Origin: Eledone cirrhosa
Taxonomy: Eukaryota
Length of the DNA stretch: 64,000 nt
Direction of reading: 5' to 3'
Assembly: GCA_964016885.1 (NCBI GenBank)
Contig: OZ024740.1
Coordinates: 335,854,001 to 335,918,000, forward strand
Position 1 is the first letter of the stretch. Each line of letters opens with the position of its first letter. A model generated the notes under the pieces. The model was given only the letters and a program-made list of their open reading frames with translations, did no database searches and was not told the DNA's origin. Positions 27,587-42,899 of this stretch are shown here, piece after piece. Made by a program: the position numbers and the translations under genes.

Positions 27587-28928
27587 ATTATTCAGGGTTT
27601 TTTAACATACTTGACCTCCTTTTCAACACAAGAGACATATAGAAACATATGTATATATTGATCTCTGGACTACCCTAGTGATATTTAACTTTGCCATGCA
27701 ATCAGTCATGCAATGACCCAGAATTTACCAGGAGTCATATATAGAAGTGATTCCAATAAGACCCTGCCAGGTCCTGCGGGTGGACTACACTTACAAAGAT
27801 CATTGATTTTGAGATCTGACTCTTCACGTGGAATGTTCGGTGGGGGCACTCTATGATAAAAGGTAATCATCCTAATATGAACACCTTTATTACTTCTTGA
27901 TAGACTACAATGTAATTTATAGATAAGATACTTAAATTTAGAAATTGATTATAACCTTATATGATGGGAACTCATTTGAGACACCATTAATGTACTTTAG
28001 GATAATAAATTTAGCTATAGAAATCAGCTAGTTACCACACCTTGCGCATTAACTACCCGTAATCACACACACACTTCCGGAATATAATACGATGTCATCT
28101 CTCACAACAAAAACAACCTACTCTATGGAATCGAATTAAAGAACGACAAGCTGTGATGTTCTAGCATGGTTCACCAGGCACCCAATGTTGAATCATCGTG
28201 GATTGTGAGATGGACATGTAGTCTATAAATTGCGTTTCCTAGATTGTGAGAGTGGTGGTGTGTACGAGGACAGTGGTGCTGTTTTGCTTCTCATTTGTAA
28301 TATTTTTGATATTTTTGGTGTTTCTCCACACACGGGCTTCTATATCGTACAGGTGTGTGTGAATAATGATTAACCAGTTCAGCCTCCATGATGCTCTTAA
28401 TTGCCTGCTTTGACTGCTTGTTTTACTTGTAACAATCTGCCGCACTATAATCTTGTATAAATAGGACACGCGTGCATGCCACACGTGTGACTGTTGCATA
28501 CACTGGCTACTCCAAACTTTCCTTTTGCTTTATCTTAGTAGACTGCCAATGTTTTATTTTTATTTTTATTTTTATTTTTATTTTTATTTTTATTTTTATT
28601 TTTATTTTTATTTTTATTTTTATTTTTATTTTTATTTTTATTTTTATTTTTATTTTTATTTTTATTTTTATTTTTATTTTTATTTTTATTTTTATTTTTA
28701 TTTTTATTTTTATTTTTATTTTTATTTTTATTTTTATTTTTATTTTTATTTTTATTTTTATTTTAACTTTAATTTTGTCCTTTAATATGACTGTAATCTT
28801 TGTATGTAAATTACCATGCTATATTATTATAATGGATGTCAACCCACCGTGGGTCAATATATACATATGTTTCTATATGTCTCTTGTGTTGAAAAGGAGG
28901 TCAAGTATGTTAAAAATCACTGAATAAT

Positions 28929-28975
28929 TGCTCCGAAGACTCCAAACCTAGGTTTGGAAGAAACAATTGTAAGCA
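28929..28975 (+). ncRNA. Type I hammerhead, CCGAAGA (U4C) core variant
   Basis: TGCT CCGAAGA cTCCAAACC ta GGTTTGGAa GAAAC AATT GTA|AGCA. Confidence 0.75.
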
Positions 28976-29483
28976 GATAAATGATTTAAACAGAACTTTG
29001 ATTCATGTAATCTCTATATAACTGCTCTGTAAAACAACTGATGTTGTTACATTGAGCTATTTATCTTACTGGTCATAAGATAGTAATAAATTACTGTCTT
29101 TCCTATTTAGGGTATAATATATATATAACTATAAAAGGTTTTAGTATATACATAACCATAAATAGTATCCTTAATACTATATATATATATATATATATAT
29201 ATAAATGCAATCTGAGTTTTGCGAATATTAATAATAACATTCAATTCGTTTGCAATTATGCAAACAAGCCTCAATTTTATAGCCATGTCAGTAGAATGAA
29301 CCCTTCATTTTTGCTCTTGTGTTGGCATCCGAACAGAACTGCAACCACTAATGTTTCGAAAAACTCAGATTACATTTATTGTATTCAGCCATGTGGAGCG
29401 AAAAGTTTCTTTTATATATATATATATATAAGTATGTATGTATACGTACATACATATATGTATACAGACGTACAGTAGCATGC

Positions 29484-29526
<43 letters not shown>

Positions 29527-29676
29527 CAGGTACACATACATATATGCACGCATCAGTTTAGCGGACGCTTATTATAACGCCGCTTTGTTCGTTTGTAAAC
29601 AAACTGAACAGCCTGAATTTATGCCATACGGTGTTAAGGCAACCACGTCACCTTTTTGTTCAACACTGACACAGGA

Positions 29677-29719
29677 AGGATGTACTAGTTTCAAGCTTGT
29701 TAGCTATCATCAGCACCGT
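29677..29719 (-). ncRNA. Minimal type I hammerhead (unit 1; one helix I mismatch)
   Basis: ACGGTG CTGATGA tAGCT aaca AGCTt GAAAC TA GTA|CATCCT. Confidence 0.82.
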
Positions 29720-29957
29720 ATACCCATCTGCCAGATAGTTGAACGTTCGAAAGTATATACTTTCCTTATGAAAATTAACGGCTGAGCAGCCTAATTTGCA
29801 TATTGAGTGAGTTAAATCGGTCAGGCATACCGAAAACGATAAGTTGAAAAAAATGAAAACGAAATTTCATTTGTCACTCTTAGTATGGCACTTACTTAAA
29901 TGTAAGTATGTATGTATACGTACATTCATATATGTATATAGACGTACAGTAGCATGC

Positions 29958-30018
<61 letters not shown>

Positions 30019-30168
30019 CAGGTACACATACATATATGCACGCATCAGTTTAGCGGACGCTTATTATAACGCCGCTTTGTTCGTTTGTAAACAAACTGAA
30101 CAGCCTGAATGTATGCCATACGGTGTTAAGGCAACCACGTCACCTTTTTGTTCAACACTGACACAGGA

Positions 30169-30211
30169 ACGATGTACTAGTTTCAAGCTTGTTAGCTATC
30201 ATCAGCACCGT
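30169..30211 (-). ncRNA. Minimal type I hammerhead (unit 2)
   Basis: ACGGTG CTGATGA tAGCT aaca AGCTt GAAAC TA GTA|CATCGT. Confidence 0.87.
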
Positions 30212-30449
30212 ATACCCATCTGCCAGATAGTTGAACGTTCGAAAGTATATACTTTCCTTATGAAAATTAACGGCTGAGCAGCCTAATTTGCATATTGAGT
30301 GAGTTAAATCGGTCAGGCATACCGAAAACGATAAGTTGAAAAAAATGAAAACGAAATTTCATTTGTCACTCTTAGTATGGCACTTACTTAAATGTAAGTA
30401 TGTATGTATACGTACATACATATATGTATACAGACGTACAGTAGCATGC

Positions 30450-30492
<43 letters not shown>

Positions 30493-30642
30493 CAGGTACA
30501 CATACATATATGCACGCATCAGTTTAGCGGACGCTTATTATAACGCCGCATTGTTCGTTTGTAAACAAACTGAACAGCCTGAATTTATGCCATACGGTGT
30601 TAAGGCAACCACGTCACCTTTTTGTTCAACACTGACACAGGA

Positions 30643-30685
30643 ACGATGTACTAGTTTCAAGCTTGTTAGCTATCATCAGCACCGT
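30643..30685 (-). ncRNA. Minimal type I hammerhead (unit 3)
   Basis: Same as unit 2. Confidence 0.87.
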
Positions 30686-30923
30686 ATACCCATCTGCCAG
30701 ATAGTTGAACGTTCGAAAGTATATACTTTCCTTATGAAAATTAACGGCTGAGCAGCCTAATTTGCATATTGAGTGAGTTAAATCGGTCAGGCATACCGAA
30801 AACGATAAGTTGAAAAAAATGAAAACGAAATTTCATTTGTCACTCTTAGTATGGCACTTACTTAAATGTAAGTATGTATGTATACGTACATACATATATG
30901 TATACAGACGTACAGTAGCATGC

Positions 30924-31024
<101 letters not shown>

Positions 31025-31312
31025 CAGGTACACATACATATATGCACGCATCAGTTTAGCGGACGCTTATTATAACGCCGCTTTGTTCGTTTGTAAACAT
31101 ATATGTATGTACGTATACATACATACTTACATTTAAGTAAGTGCCAGACTAAGAGTGACAAATGAAATTTCGTTTTCATTTTTTTCAACTTATCGTTTTC
31201 GGTATGCCTGACCGATTTAACTCACTCAATATGCAAATTAGGCTGCTCAGCCGTTAATTTTCATAAGGAAAGTATATACTTTCGAACGTTCAACTATCTG
31301 GCAGATGGGTAT

Positions 31313-31355
31313 ACGGTGCTGATGATAGCTAACAAGTTTGAAACTAGTACATCGT
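31313..31355 (+). ncRNA. Minimal type I hammerhead (inverted unit)
   Basis: Same motif; helix II has a G-U pair (AGTT). Confidence 0.85.
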
Positions 31356-31505
31356 TCCTGTGTCAGTGTTGAACAAAAAGGTGACGTGGTTGCCTTAACA
31401 CCGTATGGCATAAATTCAGGCTGTTCAGTTTGTTTACAAACGAACAAAGCGGCGTTATAATAAGCGTCCGCTAAACTGATGCGTGCATATATGTATGTGT
31501 ACCTG

Positions 31506-31564
<59 letters not shown>

Positions 31565-31802
31565 GCATGCTACTGTACGTCTGTATACATATATGTATGT
31601 ACGTATACATACATACTTACATTTAAGTAAGTGCCATACTAAGAGTGACAAATGAAATTTCGTTTTCATTTTTTTCAACTTATCGTTTTCGGTATACCTG
31701 ACCGATTTAACTCACTCAATATGCAAATTAGGCTGCTCAGCCGTTAATTTTCATAAGGAAAGTATATACTTTCGAACGTTCAACTATCTGGCAGATGGGT
31801 AT

Positions 31803-31845
31803 ACGGTGCTGATGATAGCTAACAAGCTTGAAACTAGTACATCGT
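31803..31845 (+). ncRNA. Minimal type I hammerhead (inverted unit)
   Basis: ACGGTGCTGATGATAGCTAACAAGCTTGAAACTAGTACATCGT. Confidence 0.87.
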
Positions 31846-31995
31846 TCCTGTGTCAGTGTTGAACAAAAAGGTGACGTGGTTGCCTTAACACCGTATGGCA
31901 TAAATTCAGGCTGTTCAGTTTGTTTACAAACGAACAAAGCGGCGTTATAATAAGCGTCCGCTAAACTGATGCGTGCATATATGTATGTGTACCTG

Positions 31996-32052
<57 letters not shown>

Positions 32053-32166
32053 GCATGCTACTGTACGTCTGTATACATATATGTATGTACGTATACATAC
32101 ATACTTACATTTAAGTAAGTGCCATACTAAGAGTGACAAATGAAATTTCGTTTTCATTTCTTTCAA

Positions 32167-32219
<53 letters not shown>

Positions 32220-34628
32220 AGTATATGTTGGTTGTTTACCGACACTCAGTATTTTCCTTGCTACATTCTTCTTCTAAACCAAATTTCTGAATCTATGTAA
32301 TGTATAACAGGCTGCGTAGAGATTGAGGTCATCGATACCCGGGATATATATGATTGTTAAGTAATAGCAACTTTTGAGTTTCAAGTGGAGTTCTGAACAT
32401 TTAGTTAACCCAATATATTGCCAGATAGAATTAATTTGGAAAAGCAGTCTCTACTTAGTATATTCATTTCCCAATAGCGAGAGATTTCGTTTTCTTTTCC
32501 TCTTTTGATTCAATCTATAAACATTGTTTTCTAGCCACACACAAACTTGTCTTTCTTATCTGACTGTCTTCACTTATAACATTGTTAATTAGTTCCTGAT
32601 TTACACATAAATAAGAGAGTTTATTATGGGATTTTTCTTTTTCAACCCAAATGAGCATTTACCTTTTGCGATATGATTGGTGTTATGCCTTCGATCTACA
32701 ATTTCTGTGGTATAACTTCTCATTCTTGTGAATTACTATGGTAATAAATCGGTAATTAATTTAGGTATTGTTTCAATGAATCCTTGAAATACAAGGATAT
32801 ATGCTATTTCTATTTACACTTTATGTCCAAAGATATATGTTGTCTCTGAATATCCTTCATATACGAGGATATATCCTTGATAAACAAGAATATACTGTTT
32901 GCCCGTTCATGCCTGACCGTTTCGGCAAGTACATCTTAAGTATCTATTGGATATATTAATCAGATATTTAGAAGTTTGTTATTTCCAAGTGTTTTTATCT
33001 TGATTCTGTTATCTCGCATTCTGGGTCTTGTTAATTCTTCTCATGATTGCTCTGTTATTCTAGTTGTTTACAACATTTTCTTCTGCTGTTACTCCCCTAA
33101 CCACCTAACAATAAATCTTTAAGTTTTAAGCAGCTGCATTTAGTTTCTGATTTTCTTTTGCATAATTTTTGATAATATCATTTTCGTTTGTAGACAAAAT
33201 ATTTGTTTTATTCAAAGAATCGTTGTCGCTGTTTATTACAATGTATTCGTTAGGATTTAGTGAACATCTCTTATAGCTAGGCGTTCTTTGACTTCAAGCA
33301 CTATTTATGTTATATTTCAATAATATTTGTGTGTTTTTCTTTTTATTATAATTATATGTTATCATCGTTGTTCTCATTAAGGTTTCAGAGATCTTTTATC
33401 TTATTTTTTTACGTTCTCTGTATGTTTCGATTCCATATTATATGATTTTCATTTAGTTGTTTGTATGTAAGACGTTTTGTGTAGGTATATACTTTTCTTC
33501 ATAGATTAGTAATATTTCATGCTCATGGCTGTATATGTTTCAAGTAAGATAGGAACATAGTTTATAGTTTTAATTCTTTACCTATTTCATATTATAGAGT
33601 ATTATCATATTCAAATGTTTCAACTGCGATTCTTCTACTCGTATATTTTTCTTATGCTCATAAGTATTCATATTACTGTTGCTACTATTGTGATTCTTTT
33701 ATTTGCAGATATTCTGTAGTAAATTGTGGTTAAATTTAGTTATGGTTTCTTATTTATATTATTATAAATTATATTGTTTATTATGGTTTTTTATTTATAT
33801 TATTTTGCTTACACTGGCTCTATCTTCATGATTTATATTCTCAATGCTTATACCTCTCATAATTTTATTCCATTTGTTTGAATTGTCTTATGTTTATTTT
33901 TGTCTGTTACTTATATTCATACTATACAATCTTGGTATAAGTATTCTGTGTCTATCATTTTCATTTTAGGTATGTATGCTCTTGAATTTATTAGTTTACG
34001 AGAATATTTTCTCTTCATAGATAGTATATGTTGGCTATGGAGCTTGCTTTGGGTGTATATTATTGCTGCAAAATATGAATCTAGTATAGAAATTCATTCC
34101 CCTTCTGATAATGCTTTCCTGTTTTATTTGCAGGATTTCGTGGTTAAAATCCGGTCTTTCTTTTGCCTGGAATAATTCCAATAAGGTGCTAATATATTTG
34201 TTCCTGGTGATGTGGATATATTCACAGTTTAATATACTTTGTCCTTTTATACATCAAATACAAGTACGCATATTCCATGTAGCAATACACCAAATAACAC
34301 GATTCTCATTTCTATTGTTCGCCATTCTTTCATTTGTTACTGAATTATTCCATTGATTATTTGACTTTTTTTTTTCACCACTATGGCGGTTTTACATCTG
34401 CAGGCTATCTGGTTATCTCCATTTCAAGAACTTTTATTTAGATAATTTATACATGTTGCTTAGATACATATATTAGTCTCTTGAGACTGATACTTCAATT
34501 ATGATGATGTACTTCCATTCTGATTGGTGCCTGAAAACGATTCTTTGTAGATTAGTTTTGACCAGTGTTTATGTTAGGATTATCATACACGAGTATAGTT
34601 CCCTTGTCATTCTCTGAGATCGTTTTTG

Positions 34629-34701
<73 letters not shown>

Positions 34702-34802
34702 TACTCTTGGTATATCATATTGTTCATATAATTTTATGTGATACATCTAGAAGCAGTTTCTATTGGCTAAGTTGAGAGTCAGAGACTGGCAAGATAGATA
34801 GT

Positions 34803-34888
34803 GTGAAAGTCGGCTGAAAAGTTCATAGGCTGACCAACATACTCTCATAGAATGACTAAATGAGTTTTATTTTTCAATATAGTCCTTG
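34803..34888 (-). mobile_element. Mariner-type transposon 3' end remnant
   Basis: TIR-like GGCTGAAAAGTTCATAGGCTGA; minus strand GACTATATTGAAAAATAA = DYIEK*. Confidence 0.55.
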
Positions 34889-36484
34889 GCGAAAAGCAAT
34901 GCAGTTATTAATGAGAAGAGTTGAAATTAATGCCTGCAAGATTTTACAGCATTAGCATCACTCCTTCTGTAATTACTTAATGTAATTTGTTTAATTATAT
35001 GTTTTTGGAGGTTTCAGTGTTCTGCCCAAATGAAGAGTCTTCCAATGTCACCTTTGAAGCCTGCGCTCTTTATAACTTAATTTACTGGTATACTTCGGTA
35101 GTTATATTCCATAATAACCACATTCCTCGCTTACTCAATTTCCTCCTTCTAGTGGCTGGATAGGTAATCTGATAATGCCAGAACCCCCCCACAATGAATC
35201 TTCCTTCGGTATTTCAATTCCATTTTTACCGTTATTTCTATGAATTTGTTTAGGCTTTAAATCACCTTAAAATACGAGGTTACACAACCGCCAGTATATT
35301 TTATTGCAACATTATTTCTATGAAGATTACTGGCAAAGACTACAATGATTTTCCTCCCTATAAAAATTCTTTGAAAAATATTGTGTGAGCTAGACTTAAT
35401 CATTCATCCAGTTTGATACCATTACCTGGTCTTTTGTTTCTTTCAGTGATGTTAACACAGCTTCAATCATTTGAACCAGAACTCCAATTTTGAAACAACT
35501 TCTTTACTCCCTGATTAAACAGTAAAACAACATGAGTAGTATTGACGGCGATAACAAGGAAAGACAGAAATAGCTAGACAAGTGACATATTTTACTACGA
35601 ATAGGAAGAGTGGTCGTTATGACCCTTAGAAGGAGATAGAGAGTTATTGCCTTTCTTTCCGTGACCAAACAGTTTTAAAATGTCTACTCCCCTTTTATGT
35701 CGAAGTAGAATTTCTTCTTTTACTTTTTTGTTCTTCTTTTCTTTCAATGTATTTCAGTAACCTTTTTTTATACTTTTTTTTTTTTTCCTTTTTGTGTGTG
35801 CGTTTTTTTTTTTTTAATGCTGACTGTGTTTGTTGCTATCGTGATTCGTCTGGCAGAACAATTGTAAATATCTTGTTTAGAGACTATTGTTCATTCACAG
35901 AGAGTTGAAAGTATTTCGTTAGAAAACAATAATGTATGGCAATACACATGAGGAAACTGTCAATAATTTGACACATTCAGCTGCCACTTTCAATAAGATT
36001 CCAGAAAAATTTCTACACGTAAAAAAATAGAAGCGGTTTATTAAACCACTTGTTTGCACTTGTCCTTGTTATTGCTGTTGTTTGAATAAATATAATTCTC
36101 TAGAAATCATTAGAAGAATTAAATGCATTTCCTTGTCTTCTTCAGTCACGTGACAGAAATACTTTGTTCTGCTATTGAAAACATCTTCGCCAGAGGAATT
36201 ATCTTCCCTTCTGTTGTTGTTGCTGTTTTGTTGTTGTATTTTCTTTTGTCTTATTACAATAGTTACCATTTATTGACAGTTAAGACTTGGTTGTTTCTTT
36301 GATCAGGCAGCAAGTCAACAAGAATAAATATATTACAATATATTCTTATTTACATTTTAATATTTTTATTTTATTTTATCCAAAGGTTGTGATCAATATA
36401 AAATATTATTTCTATAGATCTAAATTTTTCATTTGTTGTAAAATTACTATATTTAAACACGCATGTACCTGTAATGACTACTTT

Positions 36485-37182
<698 letters not shown>

Positions 37183-37793
37183 TCCTCCTTGTGTCTGTAA
37201 AGACCTTTATAAACGTGTAACAATATATCAAAAACTGGAATTATTATCTCACTTTAACTGTTTTTCGACGATTTTTTTCTGGTGGTAGTAGTGGAAAATA
37301 TTTGAGTATTTTTTTTTATTTTATAATTTGAAAGCAGGACAATTAAATTGCTATAAAGAACATTTCTGAAAAGGTTTGCTGTCTAAGATACGCCCAGATA
37401 TTTCAAAGTATTGTTCTCTATTCACAACATATAAACCTTTCTACAGTCTAGTATAATATGCTACGACATATAATTCGCCAAATTTCATGGGTTTATGGTT
37501 TGTTTGTTGCCAGTCGACCATAAAAAATGTTCAGTGACAGAACAAGCACAAGTAATATTTCAGATAAAAGATATAATTCATTTATTTCAAAATTTCTTGG
37601 GTCGAATTCACATTATAAGTTATAGAAAATAGTAGCAAAAATATCAATTCCTTAGAATAAGATAGGCTATGGTCGTGTCGGTTTAGCAAACGTTTCGGAG
37701 ATTGGGAGTAGGTATATTGTCATTGGGTGTGCCCGTGGGTGACATCAGCAGTGTGATTTTACAAATATATATATATGTATGTATGTGTGTGTG

Positions 37794-37873
<80 letters not shown>

Positions 37874-37985
37874 TGTGTATGTGTGTGCGTGTATGCGATT
37901 TGATATAGTGTTAGCTTACACCTATATATCTGTTTGTGCATGTGTAACATATATATATACGTGTGTGTGTGTGTGCGTGTATATA

Positions 37986-38028
<43 letters not shown>

Positions 38029-39115
38029 CTGTGTGTTGCGAAATCATCACCGGAAATATCTATCATAAACATACGGATATTTAAACCCATCAAAAATTCA
38101 GCTTCCGCCTCCTTTCATGCCTTTCTTTTTCACATTCTATTGATCTCTGACATAGTTGACAGCTGACGCCTGGTTGTAGCAGTCACTAGTTATTAAGGCA
38201 CTGCTGCAGACGGGCCTGAGAACCCGGGTTAATAAATCTGCCGTGCACAATGCAATATTTTCTTTCAACCAACGTCTTCGAATTTACACGTTCATTAACA
38301 CATTTCAACATCCTGTTTGTTTTTTATTGGTGAACACAACACCTAGCAACCTGGTTGTGCTATACTTTGTACATCGTGTCGTAGTATACCATGCCATAAA
38401 TATAAATATCAAAATTAGCAGTTTGGTTTTCCTTGTTAGTCTGCCTCAGTTCATTATTGGTCCTGGTTATTTTCCCCGCAACAAACAACCCGTCAAAACA
38501 ATCAACCCGACCAATACACTGACCACTTTAACAACCACCACAACCGACACATATTTGCTAAAATGATAACTTTCAACCTTACCTATATTTGACCCCTTCA
38601 TCTCCTCCCCCTGTCCTACTACCCCCGCTGTTTAAGAATAGTTTTCATTTGACCTACCTTAAGTATAGTTTCTATCGCCAGGGAATATTCTCCAAAGACC
38701 CTCACTTGCGGCAAAGACCATCACTTGCGGCAAAGACCCTCACCAGCGGCAAAAATACTTGCAAGCTTCCACCACTTCCCTATTGTCTACTACCAGCTTC
38801 TCATATGAGTGGGTTTGAATGTCATATGTGGTCGGAATAGGCAAGCTATTTTCACACATCTCTCCAGACTTTATTTGCATATCAAATTAACAAACAATAG
38901 AGAAACTAAATAAACAGTATTTTGAAAATATTTGTGGAAATCGTGTTGAAACTGCAGAGATATCCTTTAGGATGTTCCCTCTTTTTTATAGTCACTCTAC
39001 GTATCATCGTGAATTGAGCACTACTCTAATTTGTGTTCAACCTGATCTTCGCTTCGTGGATACTCCATATATCTTTATATCTATCTATCTTTATGTATAT
39101 ATATATAACATATTT

Positions 39116-39182
39116 AGAGGATCCGCTAAGGTTAAACAATTGTTCTCGGTATGGTGAACTAACTGTTGTGTAACCACTTCTA
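39116..39182 (+). mobile_element. Solo 3' tail of the 22715-24450 Penelope family with broken hammerhead
   Basis: GATCCGCTAAGGTTAAACAATTGTTCTCGGTATGGTGAACTAACTGTTGTGTAACCACTTCTA is near-identical to 24390-24452; flanked by TA runs. Confidence 0.85.
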
Positions 39183-39579
39183 ACATTATATATATATATA
39201 TATAATAAGTTGACGGGACTAACATGAGTTTCACTGCTAGTTCCGGTTACATCTCAGCGAACTCAATATGTAATGTTCTGTAAAATCCCAGAGTAGACGC
39301 ATAGTTATTTGCTTCAATACAACACACGTAAATGGGTACCTCCATTCTATATCCGTACTCGAGTTTCGGCCACAGTTAATGCAACAATAGAGTGCACAGC
39401 ATCCACTGTCTGCATTTATTACGCAACAATGCACAATCGGCGCATGTGGTTTTACCAGCGGGTTTCGCCTAACCAATAACCAATCGATCGACAGAATTCG
39501 ATTCCAGCCTGTGTTTGGTTCTTGTGTGTCTCTGTATATCTTCATCTTCCATGTATATATATGTAGTATATTCCTCTCC

Positions 39580-39778
39580 TGATCGCTGCTACAGAAGCCT
39601 GGTTGGGGGCCTAACATTCCGTGTTCTTTTTACAGGGCTTAGAAGAACTGAAGGACCACTGCAATACGTGTGTGAATCTGAGAGGGGTATTTGTTGAATA
39701 AAATCATTATTAACTCATCCTGATCCTCTTGTATTTTCTTTTGCCCAAATTCAGGAACATTTTAACACCCCCTCGTGT
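39580..39778 (+). mobile_element. Mariner transposase C-terminus plus 3' TIR remnant
   Basis: EAWL...VFFLQGLEELKDHCNTCVNLRGVFVE* followed by CAGGAACATTTTAACACCCCCTCG. Confidence 0.7.
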
Positions 39779-41706
39779 GTATATATATATATATATATGT
39801 GTGTGTTTGTGTGTGTGTGCGTGTGCGTATATATGTGTGGTTTGTGTGTGTGTGTGGTGTGCATATACATACACACATACATACATAGATAAATACATAC
39901 ATGTATGCATTCATACATAAATACATACATATACACATATTTACATACATACATACAAGCATACATACATACATACATACATATTTACATACATACATGC
40001 ATACATACATACACACATATTTACATACATACATATATACATACACTCATATTTACATATATACATATATACATACTTACATACTTCCATACATACATAT
40101 TTACATACATGCATACATATTTACATACATACACACATACATACATACATACATACATACATACATACATACATACATACATACATACATACATACATAC
40201 ATACATACATACATACATACATACAGAGAGAGGTAAAGAGAGTTCAGCTAAATATGTTTGTATTTCATGACTCATCGCCTTTACTTACGACGATCTTCAG
40301 TTGTTTCTTTTCCTTCAGATTCTACTTTCTCATCTTCTGCTTCAAACACTCTACCTATATGTCTAAATTAATAATATTTCCCATCTAACCTTATTTGACA
40401 GCAAACCGTTCCATGTCACCTCTAGAAACCTTACCTTTTACTAAGTCCATCATCTATATCCAATAATAGCTAAAAGGATCTTTTCTATTATGTTTCTATT
40501 TATTCTTTTTCTGAATTCTTTTATATTTTCTGCATATCAACTTATAATTTAGTTTGATTTGTAGCAGAAACTCTTGTATAAAATCCTTACCAGTTTACAT
40601 TTTCTTTCTCAAATTTTCCTATTTTGATGTACATTTGAGTGCACTGAGTATTGTGTAAATGTCAGAGACCGTATAATAACTGCTATTATGATAGATAGTT
40701 TCGTGTCTCGGAAAAGATGGCAGCGTATAGAGACAGCGGAAAAGCATTGGCCATTTTCCTCTATTATCTCTAATATTACATGCATTTAGAACCTGTACAT
40801 GGTGTAGTATATATTTATATAATGACAATAAATTAAATTATATTGAAACAATAAAAGGGTTTCAGAGCTCGGTCAACTCTTGTAGGAAAGTTATTCCCGA
40901 TAACTCCATTATACTACTCGTAATTCTATTATGAGCTCCATAAGAGTGAAAGGGAAAAGTTGGCTCCAGTTAAAATAGAAATGTGAACAAAGAGGCGTCG
41001 AACTAGTTACTGTAAATCATCTATTATGTCACTCCGATTAATCACAAGGGCAATCATTTACGATTTGTGTAGTTGATAGCATTGACCTTATTGAGATACT
41101 GATGTGTACATGATCCAAAGAAAAGCCTTGCTAGAAATTTAACCAAATCTCACACAAATTACAGCCTTCCGATATAAATGGAAGAACATATTTGTACAAT
41201 TCTTGAATAAAAGACTGGAAGGCCATAACTAGAACGTCTTTGTTTGATGTCAGTGTTCGTGTAAACTAAACAAAGACTAGTAAGTATTTCAGTGACTCGT
41301 GTAAAGTATGAAGCAATGTAGTGTGACTTGTAAACATTATAATACACGAATCCACGATCCTACACAGACATGCCCAATGTCCGTTAAGACATAATATTGA
41401 CGAACTAATGAAGAGACTTCTAGCATTCAGTTGAACAGCTTGTAATATAAGCTATATCACACCCAGATCACAATATACCATTCTAAAAAGTGAAGGGACA
41501 TCTTAGGTAAGTCAATAATTACTTGAAATAGACGGCAAATCTCCCTCAAATAATACGATGTCATTTAAAGGTAAACAAAAGAATATATTAGATAAGAGAG
41601 TCCAAGCTATAGATATATTCTATCTGAGTATAATATGGGGTATTCACGGCTGGACTGTCTTTGATCATAGATGTGCTCGGTCAAACAAAAACAAAAATAT
41701 TGAGGC

Positions 41707-42530
41707 TTCTTCTTTCTTCTTCTTCACACACTTAGTCCTGGATGGGTCGTTGGAGCAGAGTCCTAGCTGGTCCTATCAGAAGCAAGCATCTCCAATTGAC
41801 CCGGCTGGATCCAAAAGTGAGACCGGCCGAGTTGATGGACGCTATCCAGCTATCATGATCGGGGTCTACCCTGGTGTCTCCTGACGATTGATTTTGTCTA
41901 TAAATATCCAGCGATTCTTTCATGAGATTTTCTGACCACATGTCCGTACAATCGGAGCTGTGATCTCTCAATTCGAAGAAGTAGTGGTTTTACCTGGTCT
42001 GATCTCTGAGCTACGCACTTTATCGAGTAACGTACTCCATAGACCCTATGGAGGAATCCCATTTCGGTCGCTTGTATTCGCGATCGTATTGTTTCGGTCA
42101 TTAACCAAGATTCATGACCATAGGTAAGGGTTGGCATGAATACTGAATTGAAGATAGCGAGTTTGGCGTTTACACCTAAACTCCCTTCTGATAACCGAAT
42201 TCTGATGCTGGCGCATTACTGCACCAGCTCCTGCAATTCTTGAACTTAATTCAGCCTCTTGCCTTCCAACACTCATAAATACGCCCCGAGGAACATGAAC
42301 TTCTCCACATTACTCCCACTATTTCTCAAAGAGATTCCGCAGTGCGAATAATTTGGTCGGTTGTGCTGCGTCCGGGGCGAAAACCACATTGTTCAATTAG
42401 CTTGGACTGGACAATCTCCCTATCTCTCTTTGCCAGGAACTTAGCATAGAATTTACTGGGGAGGCTTAACAAGGAGCTACCTCTGTAATTGGAACAATCT
42501 TGTTTCACTTTTTGAAAATTGGGATTATCA
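41707..42530 (-). mobile_element. RTE-clade LINE remnant with (GAA)n tail
   Basis: CSNYRG.SLLSLP.K, EQCGFRPGRSTTDQI, PTLTYGHESW and ATEMGFL motifs; internal deletion. Confidence 0.8.
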
Positions 42531-42549
42531 CTTCCGAGTGTGAGGGGGG

Positions 42550-42592
<43 letters not shown>

Positions 42593-42899
42593 AGACAGCT
42601 CACACATATGCAGGTTTAGCTGGCCTCCTCCAAGGTATATCTTGTTGGTGGTGTCTTGGTTAATTTAATGATATGGACCTCAGTAAGCCATCATTTCCGA
42701 TTGCCATTGCCTAGATGCCTTTTTAGAGATCCAGTCTACCCAGCACACAAGAGTCAGCCAGAAAATACCTTCTCTATTTAAAGCTTTTGACATGATATTT
42801 CGGGACGGACTTTTGATTTTTATGTATGTATGTATGTAGGTAGGTAGGTAGGTAGGTAGGTAGGTAGGTAGGTATGTGTGTATGTATTTATGTATGTAT

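Larger units (their letters stand above)
27502..29013. mobile_element. 1.5-kb element bounded by ~160-bp inverted repeats, each containing a hammerhead
   Basis: 27502-27661 is the reverse complement of 28853-29013; internal (TTTTTA)n at 28552-28763. Confidence 0.72.

Noticed and set aside
29438-29785. Repeated 107-143-aa ORFs in the tandem array
   Set aside because: The frame depends on variable (TA)n length and there is no recognisable domain; the conserved feature is the ribozyme on the opposite strand
32220-34630. Long AT-rich block between (TA)n runs that may be a very old Penelope/LINE (similarly 48500-49150 and 25000-25560)
   Set aside because: Only isolated motif-like fragments; too decayed to call by eye
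36118-36150. Minus-strand CTGAAGA..GAAATGCATT hammerhead-like boxes
   Set aside because: No helix I or helix II pairing
38175-38245. GC-rich stems suggestive of an HDV-like or twister ribozyme
   Set aside because: P2 and the catalytic elements could not be completed; single copy
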